Shown here one piece after another: positions 27,747 to 37,103 of a DNA stretch of 64,000 nt. This stretch comes from OCS155 cluster bacterium AG-422-J23. Its GTDB lineage: Bacteria > Actinomycetota > Acidimicrobiia > Actinomarinales > Actinomarinaceae. The position numbers and the translations under genes were made by a program. The DNA lies in NCBI GenBank assembly GCA_003213625.1, contig QCMT01000002.1, forward strand, positions 22,152 to 86,151, read 5' to 3'. The stretch's first letter is position 1. Every line of letters starts with the position of its first letter. The notes beneath the pieces were generated by a model. It did no database searches, was not told where the DNA came from, and worked only from the letters and a program-made list of their open reading frames with translations.

Positions 27747-28858
27747 GAGGCTCTTACTGGCATTAAGAGATATTTATAGTTCTCTGATTCTCCTTGTACT
27801 ACTACCGGTTTTTCGTTTCCAGAGAATCTAATGTAAACCTTGTTGCCTTCTAAAACTTCGATGCCTTGAATTAAGAAATTCGGATTGAAAGACATTTGAA
27901 AGCCGTTTATATCCCCTGTTTCAACACCAAGAATTTTTATATTTAAGTTTTCGTTTCCACCACCAACGTCTTTATTAAGTGTGGTGATTGTTAATTTTTC
28001 GTTGTTTTCAAAAATAAAGGTTACGGGTATATACCCCTCAGCAACGACAGTAGAGCGATCAAGACTTTCTAATATCTCTTTCTTGTCAATCTCTGCTGTA
28101 AACAGTGTTTCTTTTGGAAAAAGGTTTTGATATTCTGGAAAAGTTCCTTCTACTTTTCTTAATGAGGCAAAGTATTTGTCATTAAAAAAGTAAAGATCTT
28201 TTTCGTTTGAATTAATGTTTAGTGTTTCTTCTTCATTTTCAAAAAGCCTAATTACTTCGCTTAACGATTTAAATGAAATAATTCCCACATCGTTTATTGG
28301 GAAGTTGCTAATTTGTTGTGTGGCTAATCTATAACTGTCTGTTGCTGCTAGTTCTGTTTTTTCGTCTTGATTGTTGAAATAAACACCTGTTAACACGGGT
28401 CTTCCACCCTCTGGAGTAGAAGCAATACCTACGTTCTTCAACGAATCAAACAACTCTGAAACCAACACTTCTTGTGTTTGATCGTCTTTTTCGTGTTTTT
28501 TCAAGAATGCTTCTGGATAGTCCTGGTCTTCCAGTTTTCTTAAGGTGAAGTCTAATGATTTGGTTTCTATTTTTAATTCACTTCCTACATCAGAAAAGAC
28601 AACCTCTCCCTCGGGAAGTTTTCTTACAATTTCTGATAGTTTATTTGAATTAACAAGACACTTTCCTTCAACATCTACGTCAACAACTATCTTTGACTTA
28701 ATTGTTATATCCAGATCAGAACCTATAACCTCTAGAAAACCGTCTGAAGCGTGAAGATAAAGACCTGTTAGGGCGGGTGTTGAAGGTCTGGGATTAACAA
28801 CTCGAGAAACAGAAGAAACTACTTCCTTTAATACGCTTGTTTGTGTTTTAAACTTCAT
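27743..28858 (-). CDS. dnaN: DNA polymerase III beta sliding clamp
   Basis: 371 aa, three-domain clamp pattern; C-terminal YLLMPVR; synteny with dnaA. Confidence 0.93.
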   Translation of the reverse strand: MKFKTQTSVLKEVVSSVSRVVNPRPSTPALTGLYLHASDGFLEVIGSDLDITIKSKIVVDVDVEGKCLVNSNKLSEIVRKLPEGEVVFSDVGSELKIETKSLDFTLRKLEDQDYPEAFLKKHEKDDQTQEVLVSELFDSLKNVGIASTPEGGRPVLTGVYFNNQDEKTELAATDSYRLATQQISNFPINDVGIISFKSLSEVIRLFENEEETLNINSNEKDLYFFNDKYFASLRKVEGTFPEYQNLFPKETLFTAEIDKKEILESLDRSTVVAEGYIPVTFIFENNEKLTITTLNKDVGGGNENLNIKILGVETGDINGFQMSFNPNFLIQGIEVLEGNKVYIRFSGNEKPVVVQGESENYKYLLMPVRAS

Positions 28859-28975
28859 ATTTAATCTTTTATAAATTTAATAGTAATAAGAACGTCTGAC
28901 ATGTATAAATAGAAAAAAAACCAATTTACAAAAAGGATTTTAGAGGAGCAAAAAGACAACAAAACCGACAAAGAA

Positions 28976-30280
28976 TCAACCAACCTCTTTTATTGAGAGT
29001 GAACTGTCGAAATTGTTTATTTCTTTGATAACTAAAGGTGAGTCTTTAGATTTATCAATATAGCTTAAAACTGTTGAGTGGCTTCTACCACCAAGATACA
29101 AACCTATTTGATTTAATGATAGATCTGTATGTTTCCTTGCCAGTGATGCAAAAAGCCTCCTAGACTCATTAACCTTCGATGTTCTGTTTTTTGAAGATAT
29201 GAGGTTTTTATCAACTTGAAAAACCTTTGAAACGTAATCTAATATTTGATCAGGACCAACAGACTCTACAAAACCCGACTTAGAAACAGAAATCAACTCC
29301 TTAATATAATCGAAATTACCCTTTCCTGTTTGTTTATTTATCAAGAGTTGGTTAACAATTCCGTTTATATCTCTAAAACTATCGACCCTTAACCCACTTA
29401 TTTTTTTAATCTCTTCCTTAGAAAGCAAATAACCGCCCTGTTCAACATTTGCTTTCTCAATTGCTTTAAGAAACATTTCTTCATCAGGTTTTTCAATGTC
29501 AGTAACTAAACCGTTTAAAATTCTTGAAATTAGGCGATCCGGAAAGCCTAAAAGTTTATTTGGTTTTTGATCTGAAACCAAAACAACCGCTTTCTGATTG
29601 TTTAAAAAATAATTAATAGTGTGGAAAAGCTCCTCTGAAACACCCTTTTTACCCATAAAAAACTGAATATCATCTACTAGTAAAATTTCGACAGACCTTA
29701 TTTTTGATTTAAATATATCTATATCTTTATTTTTTATTCCTTGAATATATGAATCTAAAAAAGATTCAGAATCAATATAAAAAGAAGAGGGGTGAGCTTT
29801 TTCAATAGTTTTTAGAAGGTGTGTTTTACCAACCCCCGGAGATCCATAAACAAAAAGAGGGTTAAAACGTCCACCAGGATCTTTAACAACATTTTTTGCT
29901 GCCGTTACTGAAAGATTATTAGAGGAGCCGACAAACATCTCGTCAAAAACAGATAAATCAGGCTGAACTTTTTTTATCTCTTCTTGATTTTTTAATAGAT
30001 CTTCATTTTTTTCTTCAAATTCATAGGCTTGAAAGTCTTTTTTCATATTCTTATCCAAAACAAAAACACATTCTTTAAATCCCGTGCTTATGTTGAATGT
30101 TTTTTTGATTTTTTTATATAGTTTTTTCTCAATTGATGATTTTACAAAGTCTGATCCTACGAAAATACTTAAAGACTCATTGTCAATTTCAAAATTTACT
30201 TGTTCTAACCAATATCTTTCAGTTTTAGATAAATCTAGTTTGTGTATTTCAGATTTAAACTCTTTAAGTAAATTACTCAT
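28976..30280 (-). CDS. dnaA: chromosomal replication initiator DnaA
   Basis: Start moved to ATG 30280 (MSNLLKEF...). Walker A GSPGVGKTHLL, LVDDIQF box, C-terminal DNA-binding helix (GGRSHSTVLSYIDK). Confidence 0.95.
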   Translation of the reverse strand: MSNLLKEFKSEIHKLDLSKTERYWLEQVNFEIDNESLSIFVGSDFVKSSIEKKLYKKIKKTFNISTGFKECVFVLDKNMKKDFQAYEFEEKNEDLLKNQEEIKKVQPDLSVFDEMFVGSSNNLSVTAAKNVVKDPGGRFNPLFVYGSPGVGKTHLLKTIEKAHPSSFYIDSESFLDSYIQGIKNKDIDIFKSKIRSVEILLVDDIQFFMGKKGVSEELFHTINYFLNNQKAVVLVSDQKPNKLLGFPDRLISRILNGLVTDIEKPDEEMFLKAIEKANVEQGGYLLSKEEIKKISGLRVDSFRDINGIVNQLLINKQTGKGNFDYIKELISVSKSGFVESVGPDQILDYVSKVFQVDKNLISSKNRTSKVNESRRLFASLARKHTDLSLNQIGLYLGGRSHSTVLSYIDKSKDSPLVIKEINNFDSSLSIKEVG

Positions 30281-30444
30281 TCTGAACAATCTAATAAAAC
30301 CCCTTCGGAAATCATAGAGTGGTAAAAACATATTAATTTTTAGAAAACAAACACACACCAACTAAAAACCCAACGATTGTTGAGTTTATTAGAGGAAATA
30401 ATAAGAAAAATAATAAGTGAATTTCAGATTATAAAACCTAGTTA

Positions 30445-30480
30445 GTTTTGTTTTCGCGAAGATGGTTTTGTTTTCGCGAA
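30445..30480. repeat. two direct copies of gttttgttttcgcgaa, each ending in the palindrome TTCGCGAA, spaced 20 bp
   Basis: Copies at 30445-30460 and 30465-30480, in the AT-rich dnaA-rpmH intergenic region. Confidence 0.85.
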
Positions 30481-30551
30481 CTTTTAAATTAAATATTAAT
30501 TTACTTTGTTTAAATAATTTTTTAATATATTGTGTTTAAACAGGAAGAAAA

Positions 30552-30686
30552 ATGAAAAGAACTTATCAACCTAGTAATAGAAAAAGAAGTAGAAAACACG
30601 GTTTTAGATCGAGAATGAGTACCAGAGCTGGCAGAGAAATTCTTAAAAGAAGAAGAAGAAAAGGTAGAAAAACACTTTCTGCATAA
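30552..30686 (+). CDS. rpmH: 50S ribosomal protein L34
   Basis: Manual: [44 protein letters not shown]; below the ORF-track cutoff. Confidence 0.95.
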   Translation: MKRTYQPSNRKRSRKHGFRSRMSTRAGREILKRRRRKGRKTLSA

Positions 30687-30691
30687 GCTAA

Positions 30692-31015
30692 TTGGTTAGA
30701 TTTACTGCACTGAATAAGAAAAATGATTTTTTCAGACTGAAAAAAGAAACAAATTGTTTTACTGAAAAAGGATTAAGGGTTTATATAGAGAAAAACCAAG
30801 AAAAAGTTTCAAGACTTGGTATAAGCATCTCAAGTAAGCAGACAACCGCAGTAGAACGTAATAAATTTAAAAGAAGGATTAAAGAGGCAGTTAGGGGTTT
30901 AGAAGATAAAGAAAGTTTTGATATTTATATTATTGGATCAAAAAAAAACTTAAATTTAAAGATTTTAGAAATACAAAAAATAATTTCTTCTCATCCCAAA
31001 CTAATTAAAAAATGA
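30692..31015 (+). CDS. rnpA: ribonuclease P protein component
   Basis: TTG start; basic 107-aa protein with the RNKFKRRIKEA motif; position after rpmH. Confidence 0.9.
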   Translation: MVRFTALNKKNDFFRLKKETNCFTEKGLRVYIEKNQEKVSRLGISISSKQTTAVERNKFKRRIKEAVRGLEDKESFDIYIIGSKKNLNLKILEIQKIISSHPKLIKK

Positions 31016-31224
31016 AGATAACAAACATTTTGTTTACAGTGTTTCGTTCACTGCTCGGGCTCTTTGGCATTGGTCAGGGAAATTGTTTATATTACCCAAC
31101 CTGTTCGAACGCGATAAGAGAAAGCTTTGAAAACAAAGGTTTAATTAGGACTCTCCCTGTTTTTATAGAAAGGGTTTATAAATGTAATCCCGTATATAGA
31201 AAGTTTGGTAAAAATTGGCAATAA
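31012..31224 (+). CDS. yidD: membrane protein insertion efficiency factor YidD
   Basis: CLYYPTCSNA motif; 70 aa. Confidence 0.9.
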   Translation: MKITNILFTVFRSLLGLFGIGQGNCLYYPTCSNAIRESFENKGLIRTLPVFIERVYKCNPVYRKFGKNWQ

Positions 31225-32033
31225 TTGAACCTTTTGCACTAGCTATTGGCTTTTTGCTATCATTTGTTTACGGATATGTCCCCTCCTATGGGATTTCCAT
31301 AGCCATTTTGACGGTCATAATCAATATAATTATTTTCCCACTAACTCTTAGGCAGACGAGGTCTACCAAAAGAATGCAAGATGTTCAACCAGAGCTAAAG
31401 AAGTTACAGAAAAAACATAAAGACAATAAAGAAGAATTAAACAAAGAAATAGCAGCTTTTTACAAAGAAAAAGGAATCAACCCGCTTGGTTGCGTTGTTC
31501 CTTTATTGGTACAAATGCCAGTTTGGTTTGCTTTGTTTAGAGTGTTGAGAGAACCGCTCTTGTTTATACCAAAATCTGAATCTTTATTTTCAGATCTAGA
31601 AAACAATATAAACATTCTTTTCTTTAACATGGATCTTCAAATACCTGCATCTGAAATATCAGGATGGGTAGAAAGAGTTCCATACATTGTTCTTATTTTA
31701 ATGGTTGTTGCAACCGCACTATTTCAACAACAACAAATTACAAAGAAACAAGGAAAAAGCGACAACCCACAAGCACAACAAATGCAAATGATTGGAAAGG
31801 TTATGCCAATATTTTTCGGGTTCATTTCCTGGACTTTGCCTTCAGGTCTTGTCGTATATTTCTTAACAGGAAATATTTTCAGAATTGGTCAACAAGCCTT
31901 AATTATTCGTATAGAAGATAAAGAGGACAAAAGTGATAAAACTGAAAAAGATAACGAAGAGAACGAGGAAACACCAGAAACCAAGCAGCAAGAAGATCCT
32001 CGCAAAAACAGAAAAAAAAGAAGGAGAAAATAA
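31215..32033 (+). CDS. yidC: membrane protein insertase YidC (short Gram-positive type)
   Basis: TTG start; PLTLRQTRS, GCVVPLLVQMPVWFAL and PSGLVVYF motifs; K/R-rich C-tail. Confidence 0.92.
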   Translation: MAIIEPFALAIGFLLSFVYGYVPSYGISIAILTVIINIIIFPLTLRQTRSTKRMQDVQPELKKLQKKHKDNKEELNKEIAAFYKEKGINPLGCVVPLLVQMPVWFALFRVLREPLLFIPKSESLFSDLENNINILFFNMDLQIPASEISGWVERVPYIVLILMVVATALFQQQQITKKQGKSDNPQAQQMQMIGKVMPIFFGFISWTLPSGLVVYFLTGNIFRIGQQALIIRIEDKEDKSDKTEKDNEENEETPETKQQEDPRKNRKKRRRK

Positions 32034-32785
32034 TGTCAGACAAATGGGTAGAGGTTGAAGCAAAAACCATTGATGATGCAATTAAAGCCGGTTTGAAAGA
32101 GCTTAATTTAGAGGATGCAACTGAAGCCAACATAAGTATTTTACGCGAACCCGAAGGCGGAGTTTTTGGAGTTGGAGGAACAAAAGCCCTTGTAAGAATC
32201 TCAGTTAGATCTGGGTTTAAAAACAATAACTCAAGACAATACAAACAAAGGAACAAAAGAGACAATAGAAAAAGAGAAAAAAGAAGCTATGAGCCAAAAA
32301 AACCAAGGGTTGAAGCAGACCCCAATGAACAATTAAAGGTATCAGTTGACTTTTTACAAGGACTAATTGACTCTTTTGGGCTTGATGGAAAAGTTGAAGG
32401 AGAAGTTGAAGATAAAAATCTTGTTGTAAACGTTAAAGGAGAACAAACCGAAGCCCTTGTAGGGGAAAAAGGAATTATTATTCGGTCACTTCATGAACTA
32501 ACACGAACAGCAGTTCAAAGAAAAACAGGTGCTGGAACAAGACTAAGACTTGATGTGGCAGATTATGCTTTAAAAAGGAAAGAGGCTCTAACAATTTATG
32601 CTGAGAGACTTACTAAACAAATATTAGAGGACAAACAGGAAGTTATGCTCGAACCAATGAACTCTGTAGACAGAAAGACCCTTCATGATGCTGTTGCAGA
32701 AATAGATGGAATTAGATCATATTCTGAAGGTAGAGAGCCATATAGATCAGTAGTTTTTGCACCTAGTAGCAACGAAGAAGAATGA
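32033..32785 (+). CDS. jag: Jag/KhpB RNA-binding protein (Jag_N, KH, R3H)
   Basis: Position after yidC; basic linker; C-terminal LEPMNSVDRKTLHDAV R3H motif. Confidence 0.85.
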   Translation: MSDKWVEVEAKTIDDAIKAGLKELNLEDATEANISILREPEGGVFGVGGTKALVRISVRSGFKNNNSRQYKQRNKRDNRKREKRSYEPKKPRVEADPNEQLKVSVDFLQGLIDSFGLDGKVEGEVEDKNLVVNVKGEQTEALVGEKGIIIRSLHELTRTAVQRKTGAGTRLRLDVADYALKRKEALTIYAERLTKQILEDKQEVMLEPMNSVDRKTLHDAVAEIDGIRSYSEGREPYRSVVFAPSSNEEE

Positions 32786-33399
32786 ATTTTGAACCCCAGA
32801 TACCAGAGTGGGGTTTAGACGACTTTAAAAATCATCAAGATAAATTATTTGAATATCATGAATGGCTAAAAAATACTGCCGTAAAAACGGGTTTAATTAG
32901 TAAAAAAACAGATCAATTTATTTGGGATGAATTTATAATTCACTCACTTTATTTTGCAAAATTAATTAAAAAATTCAAAAATTTAAGTGAATGTGAAATT
33001 ATTGACCTTGGGACAGGAGCCGGAATACCCGGCATACCCATCTCAATTGTAAACAAAACAAATGTTTCATTAGTAGACAACAAACAAAAAAGAATATATG
33101 AACTGGAAAGATTAGTAAAAATTTTAAATTTGAACAATGCTAAACCTATAAAAAAAGATGCAAAAACAATTCTAAAAGAGGCAAAAAACTCAATAATCGT
33201 AATGAGATGCTATGTTTCAACCTCTAATATTCTGAAAACGTTAGAAAAAAAACAACTCAAAGATAATAATTTAACAATATTTGTCTCATCTAACTCTCAA
33301 TCATCAGAAATATTTAATTCAATGTTTCACGTGAAACAAGAAAAGTTTCTCATAAATAAAAATAATTTTCGTTATATAGATGTTATAACTGATATGTGA
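32782..33399 (+). CDS. rsmG: 16S rRNA (guanine527-N7)-methyltransferase RsmG
   Basis: IIDLGTGAGIPGIP SAM motif; synteny. Confidence 0.88.
   Translation: MNFEPQIPEWGLDDFKNHQDKLFEYHEWLKNTAVKTGLISKKTDQFIWDEFIIHSLYFAKLIKKFKNLSECEIIDLGTGAGIPGIPISIVNKTNVSLVDNKQKRIYELERLVKILNLNNAKPIKKDAKTILKEAKNSIIVMRCYVSTSNILKTLEKKQLKDNNLTIFVSSNSQSSEIFNSMFHVKQEKFLINKNNFRYIDVITDM
33323..33338. other. parS centromere-like site
   Basis: Perfect TGTTTCACGTGAAACA 16-mer inside the 3' end of rsmG, 58 nt upstream of the parA start. Confidence 0.85.
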
Positions 33400-34181
33400 A
33401 ATCTTTATCGATATTATGTCAAAAGGGCGGTGTTGGAAAAACCACTATTGTTGTAAATATTGCAAAAATATATTCAAATAATGGAATAAAAACACTAATT
33501 GTTGATTTAGACCCACAAGGTAATACGTCAACTTATCTTGATTTTGATAAACAAAAAAAATCAATACTCACTTCACAGGATCTTATGGAAGGAAAATTGG
33601 AAAAAGAAATCGCTTTTCTTGGTGATAATTTAGCCTTAATTCCCTCAAATGAATCTATTTTAAAATTTAATAATGAAAAAATAATCGGAGGTTCTGTTCT
33701 AGCAAAGGCTCTGCAATCATTCGTTTTTAAAGACTTTGATATAGTAATTTTTGATACACCTCCAACAATGAGTTCACTTGTACAAGAAGCATTGTGTGCT
33801 TCTGATTTCTATTTAATACCAACAAAACCAGAATTTTTAGCAATAGAAGGAGTTTCTCAAGCAATGTCTTTTGCAAAAGAAACAATTTCAAAACAAATAA
33901 AAGTTAACCCCGTTTTCCTAGGTGTTGTATTAAACCAAATAGAAAGTGGAAGATCAAGCTATCTTGATTTTGAAAAAGAACTTGAGTATTTGTTGGCAGA
34001 TAAACTCTTAAATACAAAAGTTTCAAGCTCAGCAGATGTTGCTGATAGCCCATATTATTTAAAAACCGTTGAAGACTTTACCAATGACAACAAATCGAAA
34101 AAAGAGTTTTATCAATTAGCTAATGAATTATTAGAAAGGATGAATATTAATGAAAAGATCATTGAGCAGTCTTATAACTGA
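33396..34181 (+). CDS. parA: chromosome partitioning ATPase ParA/Soj
   Basis: GTG start overlapping the rsmG stop; deviant Walker A CQKGGVGKTT; DLDPQGN; FDTPP. Confidence 0.92.
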   Translation: MKSLSILCQKGGVGKTTIVVNIAKIYSNNGIKTLIVDLDPQGNTSTYLDFDKQKKSILTSQDLMEGKLEKEIAFLGDNLALIPSNESILKFNNEKIIGGSVLAKALQSFVFKDFDIVIFDTPPTMSSLVQEALCASDFYLIPTKPEFLAIEGVSQAMSFAKETISKQIKVNPVFLGVVLNQIESGRSSYLDFEKELEYLLADKLLNTKVSSSADVADSPYYLKTVEDFTNDNKSKKEFYQLANELLERMNINEKIIEQSYN

Positions 34182-34947
34182 TACAAATGTAAGAGAATAT
34201 AAGGTAAGAGAAATAAATGTCCAAAATATTAGTGAGAGCAATTCTCAGGCAAGAACAACATTCGACGAAAATAAACTAAATGAGTTAAAAAATTCAATCC
34301 AAAAAAATGGCTTACTTCAGCCACTAATTGTTCAAGAAGTGGAGCCAAATAAATATAAGTTAATTGCTGGAGAGAGAAGATTAAGAGCATCAAAAATGGT
34401 CGGCCTAGAAAAAGTACCTTGTCTCATAAAAGACATTAGCGAGAGAGACGCAGCAATTGTTGGCCTGGTTGAGAACATTCAAAGAGAAAGATTAAACCAT
34501 ATTGATGAGGCAATGGGATATAAAGAAATATCAGAAAAATTCAATCTAAGCCCTGAAGAAATAGGACTACTGGTTGGTAAAAGCAGAGCACACGTTTCTA
34601 ATATTCTACGTTTAACAAATTTAAGCGACACAGTTTATCAAGCTCTAAAAGAAGAAAAAGTCTCAATGGGGCAAGTACGTCCACTCATTAATTTAGAATT
34701 TAATTTACAAAACTCTATTCTAAATGAAATTATTTCTCTGAAGCTTTCAAGTAGGGCGGTAGAAGATAAAGTAAGAGATCTTAGTAGTGAGAAAATTTCT
34801 GATCAAGAAGTGACTCACTATAAAAACTTTTTTGAGGACAAAACAGGATCAAAAGTAAAAATAAATAAAAGCAAAGAAAAGTATAAGTTGTCTTTTACCT
34901 TTGATTCAAAAGATAAGCTAGATAAGTTTGTTAATAAAATAAATTAG
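34150..34947 (+). CDS. parB: chromosome partitioning protein ParB/Spo0J
   Basis: GLLQPLIV and AGERRLRA motifs; HTH region. Confidence 0.92.
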   Translation: MKRSLSSLITDTNVREYKVREINVQNISESNSQARTTFDENKLNELKNSIQKNGLLQPLIVQEVEPNKYKLIAGERRLRASKMVGLEKVPCLIKDISERDAAIVGLVENIQRERLNHIDEAMGYKEISEKFNLSPEEIGLLVGKSRAHVSNILRLTNLSDTVYQALKEEKVSMGQVRPLINLEFNLQNSILNEIISLKLSSRAVEDKVRDLSSEKISDQEVTHYKNFFEDKTGSKVKINKSKEKYKLSFTFDSKDKLDKFVNKIN

Positions 34948-35912
34948 TTTTCAAATTGATTCTTTAAAGAATCAACCAATGATTGTACTAAATTATCAAT
35001 TTCTAATTTTTGGTAAAATTTACCATTTATGACGACTCCAACTGATTTTGTTTCTTTAAGAATGTTTGAGGACTTACCTATTGATTCAATTTTCAAAGTT
35101 TCAGATAAATGTTCTGCAACTTTTTTTCCAACAACACTCTCAGAAAACCTTCCTTTAAAGAAATTAACTGATTCTTCTTCTGAGTTATTAAATGAAACAA
35201 ATAAAGTTGGTTGAAGATTGTTAATATATTGAATTTTGTTTTCAAGATTTAGTTCTTCATTAATTTCTGATGCAAATATCGAAATAATTCCATGATTTAT
35301 GCAACTCTTTTTTATCTGATCATAAAATTTTATTTGTTCTTTGTAAGTTCCTAAATTTGGAATATCAAAACAAACATTAAAACCTATTGTTCCAGTAGTA
35401 AGATTTGGTGATATTGACTTTATTGCTTCGTTTAATGAGATCTCTTGACCAGGCCTTACCAAATTTCTAATTTCATAAACAGTATTAAGCCCAACCACCC
35501 CATCAATAGTTAAGCCTCTGTTTTCTTGGAATCTTGTTACAGCTTCAACAACAGAATTTGAATATATTCCGTTGATAGGTTCGGAATAAAAACCCATTCT
35601 TGATAAAAGTTCTTGGAGTTCTTCAACATCTGAACCATAGAGTTCTTTAGTATTAAAACTTAATATTCTGTCTCCAAGTTTGTATCCAAAATTAATGAGC
35701 TCTTTCCAAAGATCTTCTTTGTTGTTTATGTTTTCTAAATTATTGTCATCGACAAATATTTCAACAACTGTTTTTAACTCGTTAATATCTTGATTGGTTG
35801 AGTAGCCAACATAATTTAATTTATTTTTTAAGTCTTCAACTTCTTCATTCGATAAGTTATCAACAATAGAAGATAAATCAAATTTAATTTTCAAGCCACC
35901 TTTCAGCATCAA
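34944..35912 (-). CDS. cwlM: CwlM-like protein: PG_binding_1 domain plus degenerate MurNAc-LAA (amidase_3) domain
   Basis: LQELLSRMGFY...VVEAVTRFQENRGLTIDGVVG PG-binding motif. The C-terminal amidase_3-like region reads FDIPNLG and VSFNNS where DPGHGG and SIHAN are expected. Sits between parB and trxB as in mycobacteria. Confidence 0.6.
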   Translation of the reverse strand: MMLKGGLKIKFDLSSIVDNLSNEEVEDLKNKLNYVGYSTNQDINELKTVVEIFVDDNNLENINNKEDLWKELINFGYKLGDRILSFNTKELYGSDVEELQELLSRMGFYSEPINGIYSNSVVEAVTRFQENRGLTIDGVVGLNTVYEIRNLVRPGQEISLNEAIKSISPNLTTGTIGFNVCFDIPNLGTYKEQIKFYDQIKKSCINHGIISIFASEINEELNLENKIQYINNLQPTLFVSFNNSEEESVNFFKGRFSESVVGKKVAEHLSETLKIESIGKSSNILKETKSVGVVINGKFYQKLEIDNLVQSLVDSLKNQFEN

Positions 35913-36798
35913 TTGCTGCTTGGCATCCGGTACCGGCTGCAGTTACGGCTTGTCTATAAATTGAGTCAGCAACATCTCCTGCTGCAAAGACACCAGGGAC
36001 GCTAGTACTGGTAGCAGTAGTAGACCCAGTCTTTATATATCCTTTTTCATCAAGCTCTAGAAATCCATTTAAAAAACTTACATTTGGTGTGTGTCCTATA
36101 GCTATGAAAACTCCATCAATTTCTTTTTCTTCCATTTCGTTTGTTTGACTATCTTTGAGAAGAACAGATGAAACTTGACTCTCACCTTTAATTTCCACAA
36201 CTTCTTTGTTCCACGAGACATCTATTTGATCGTGACTTAGTACCCTGTCTTGCATAATTTTACTTGCTCTAAATGAATCTCTTCTATGGACAACAGTTAC
36301 ATTTTTTGCGAATTTAGTTAGAAATAAAGCTTCCTCCATAGCTGAATCTCCTCCACCGACAACTATTACATTTTTATCTTTGAAAAAGAAACCGTCACAA
36401 GTCGCACAAGCCGAAACACCATGTCCTTGTAGCTCTTTTTCTCCCTTTACATCAAGCCAGTTCGCCGATGCTCCAGATGAAATAATTACAGTTTTGAACT
36501 CATAAGTATTTTTCGAAGTTGTTAGCTTAAATCCATTTTCAATCTTTTCTATTGAATCTACAGTCTCAGTTAAAATTTTTGTTCCAAACCTTTCAGCTTG
36601 ATTTTTAAAGACCTGCATCATTTCAGGACCCATAATTCCTTGATCAAAACCTGGATAATTTTCAACATCTGTAGTGAGCATTAACTGTCCACCAGACTCT
36701 AACCCTTCAAATAAGACTGGTTCCAGGTTAGCCCTTGCAGCATAAATTCCAGCTGTATACCCAGCAGGACCAGAACCAATTATTGCTAAATCATCCAT
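35884..36798 (-). CDS. trxB: thioredoxin-disulfide reductase
   Basis: IIGSGPAGYTA, CATCDG redox motif, VVGGGDSAMEEA. Confidence 0.95.
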   Translation of the reverse strand: MDDLAIIGSGPAGYTAGIYAARANLEPVLFEGLESGGQLMLTTDVENYPGFDQGIMGPEMMQVFKNQAERFGTKILTETVDSIEKIENGFKLTTSKNTYEFKTVIISSGASANWLDVKGEKELQGHGVSACATCDGFFFKDKNVIVVGGGDSAMEEALFLTKFAKNVTVVHRRDSFRASKIMQDRVLSHDQIDVSWNKEVVEIKGESQVSSVLLKDSQTNEMEEKEIDGVFIAIGHTPNVSFLNGFLELDEKGYIKTGSTTATSTSVPGVFAAGDVADSIYRQAVTAAGTGCQAAIDAERWLEN

Positions 36799-37075
36799 TT
36801 TTTTTCTTTCTGTAACTATTCAATGACAAAATCATAAATACTAAGCCGAGTGCACCCATTGCAAATCCAGTAGGGTTAACGCCTAGTAAAAGACCAAGTC
36901 CTTGCATAATCTTTAATATTCCTGAGAATAAAAATATTACTGCAGTGATTAATAATACAACAAGTAGTAAACCTAAAGATGCAAAACCAGTAAGTCTTTT
37001 TACAGGTCGAACAATAAGATCTTTTACACTTTTTATTAAGCTCTCAACCGAGTCAACAAAGCTATCTTCTTCCAT
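36791..37075 (-). CDS. small membrane protein, hypothetical
   Basis: 94 aa, 2-3 TM helices, coupled to trxB. Confidence 0.55.
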   Translation of the reverse strand: MEEDSFVDSVESLIKSVKDLIVRPVKRLTGFASLGLLLVVLLITAVIFLFSGILKIMQGLGLLLGVNPTGFAMGALGLVFMILSLNSYRKKKNG

Positions 37076-37103
37076 AAGTTAATCATAAGCTATGTAAAAC
37101 TAT

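Noticed and set aside
28859-28975. DnaA-box cluster in the dnaA-dnaN gap
   Set aside because: I could not find 9-mers close to TTATCCACA or TTGTCCACA on either strand by eye, so no oriC feature is asserted here.
31664-32265. Track ORFs 31664-31921(+), 31899-32081(-) and 31903-32265(-)
   Set aside because: They are embedded in or antisense to the well-supported yidC and jag frames. Lys/Glu-rich coding regions generate open alternative frames.
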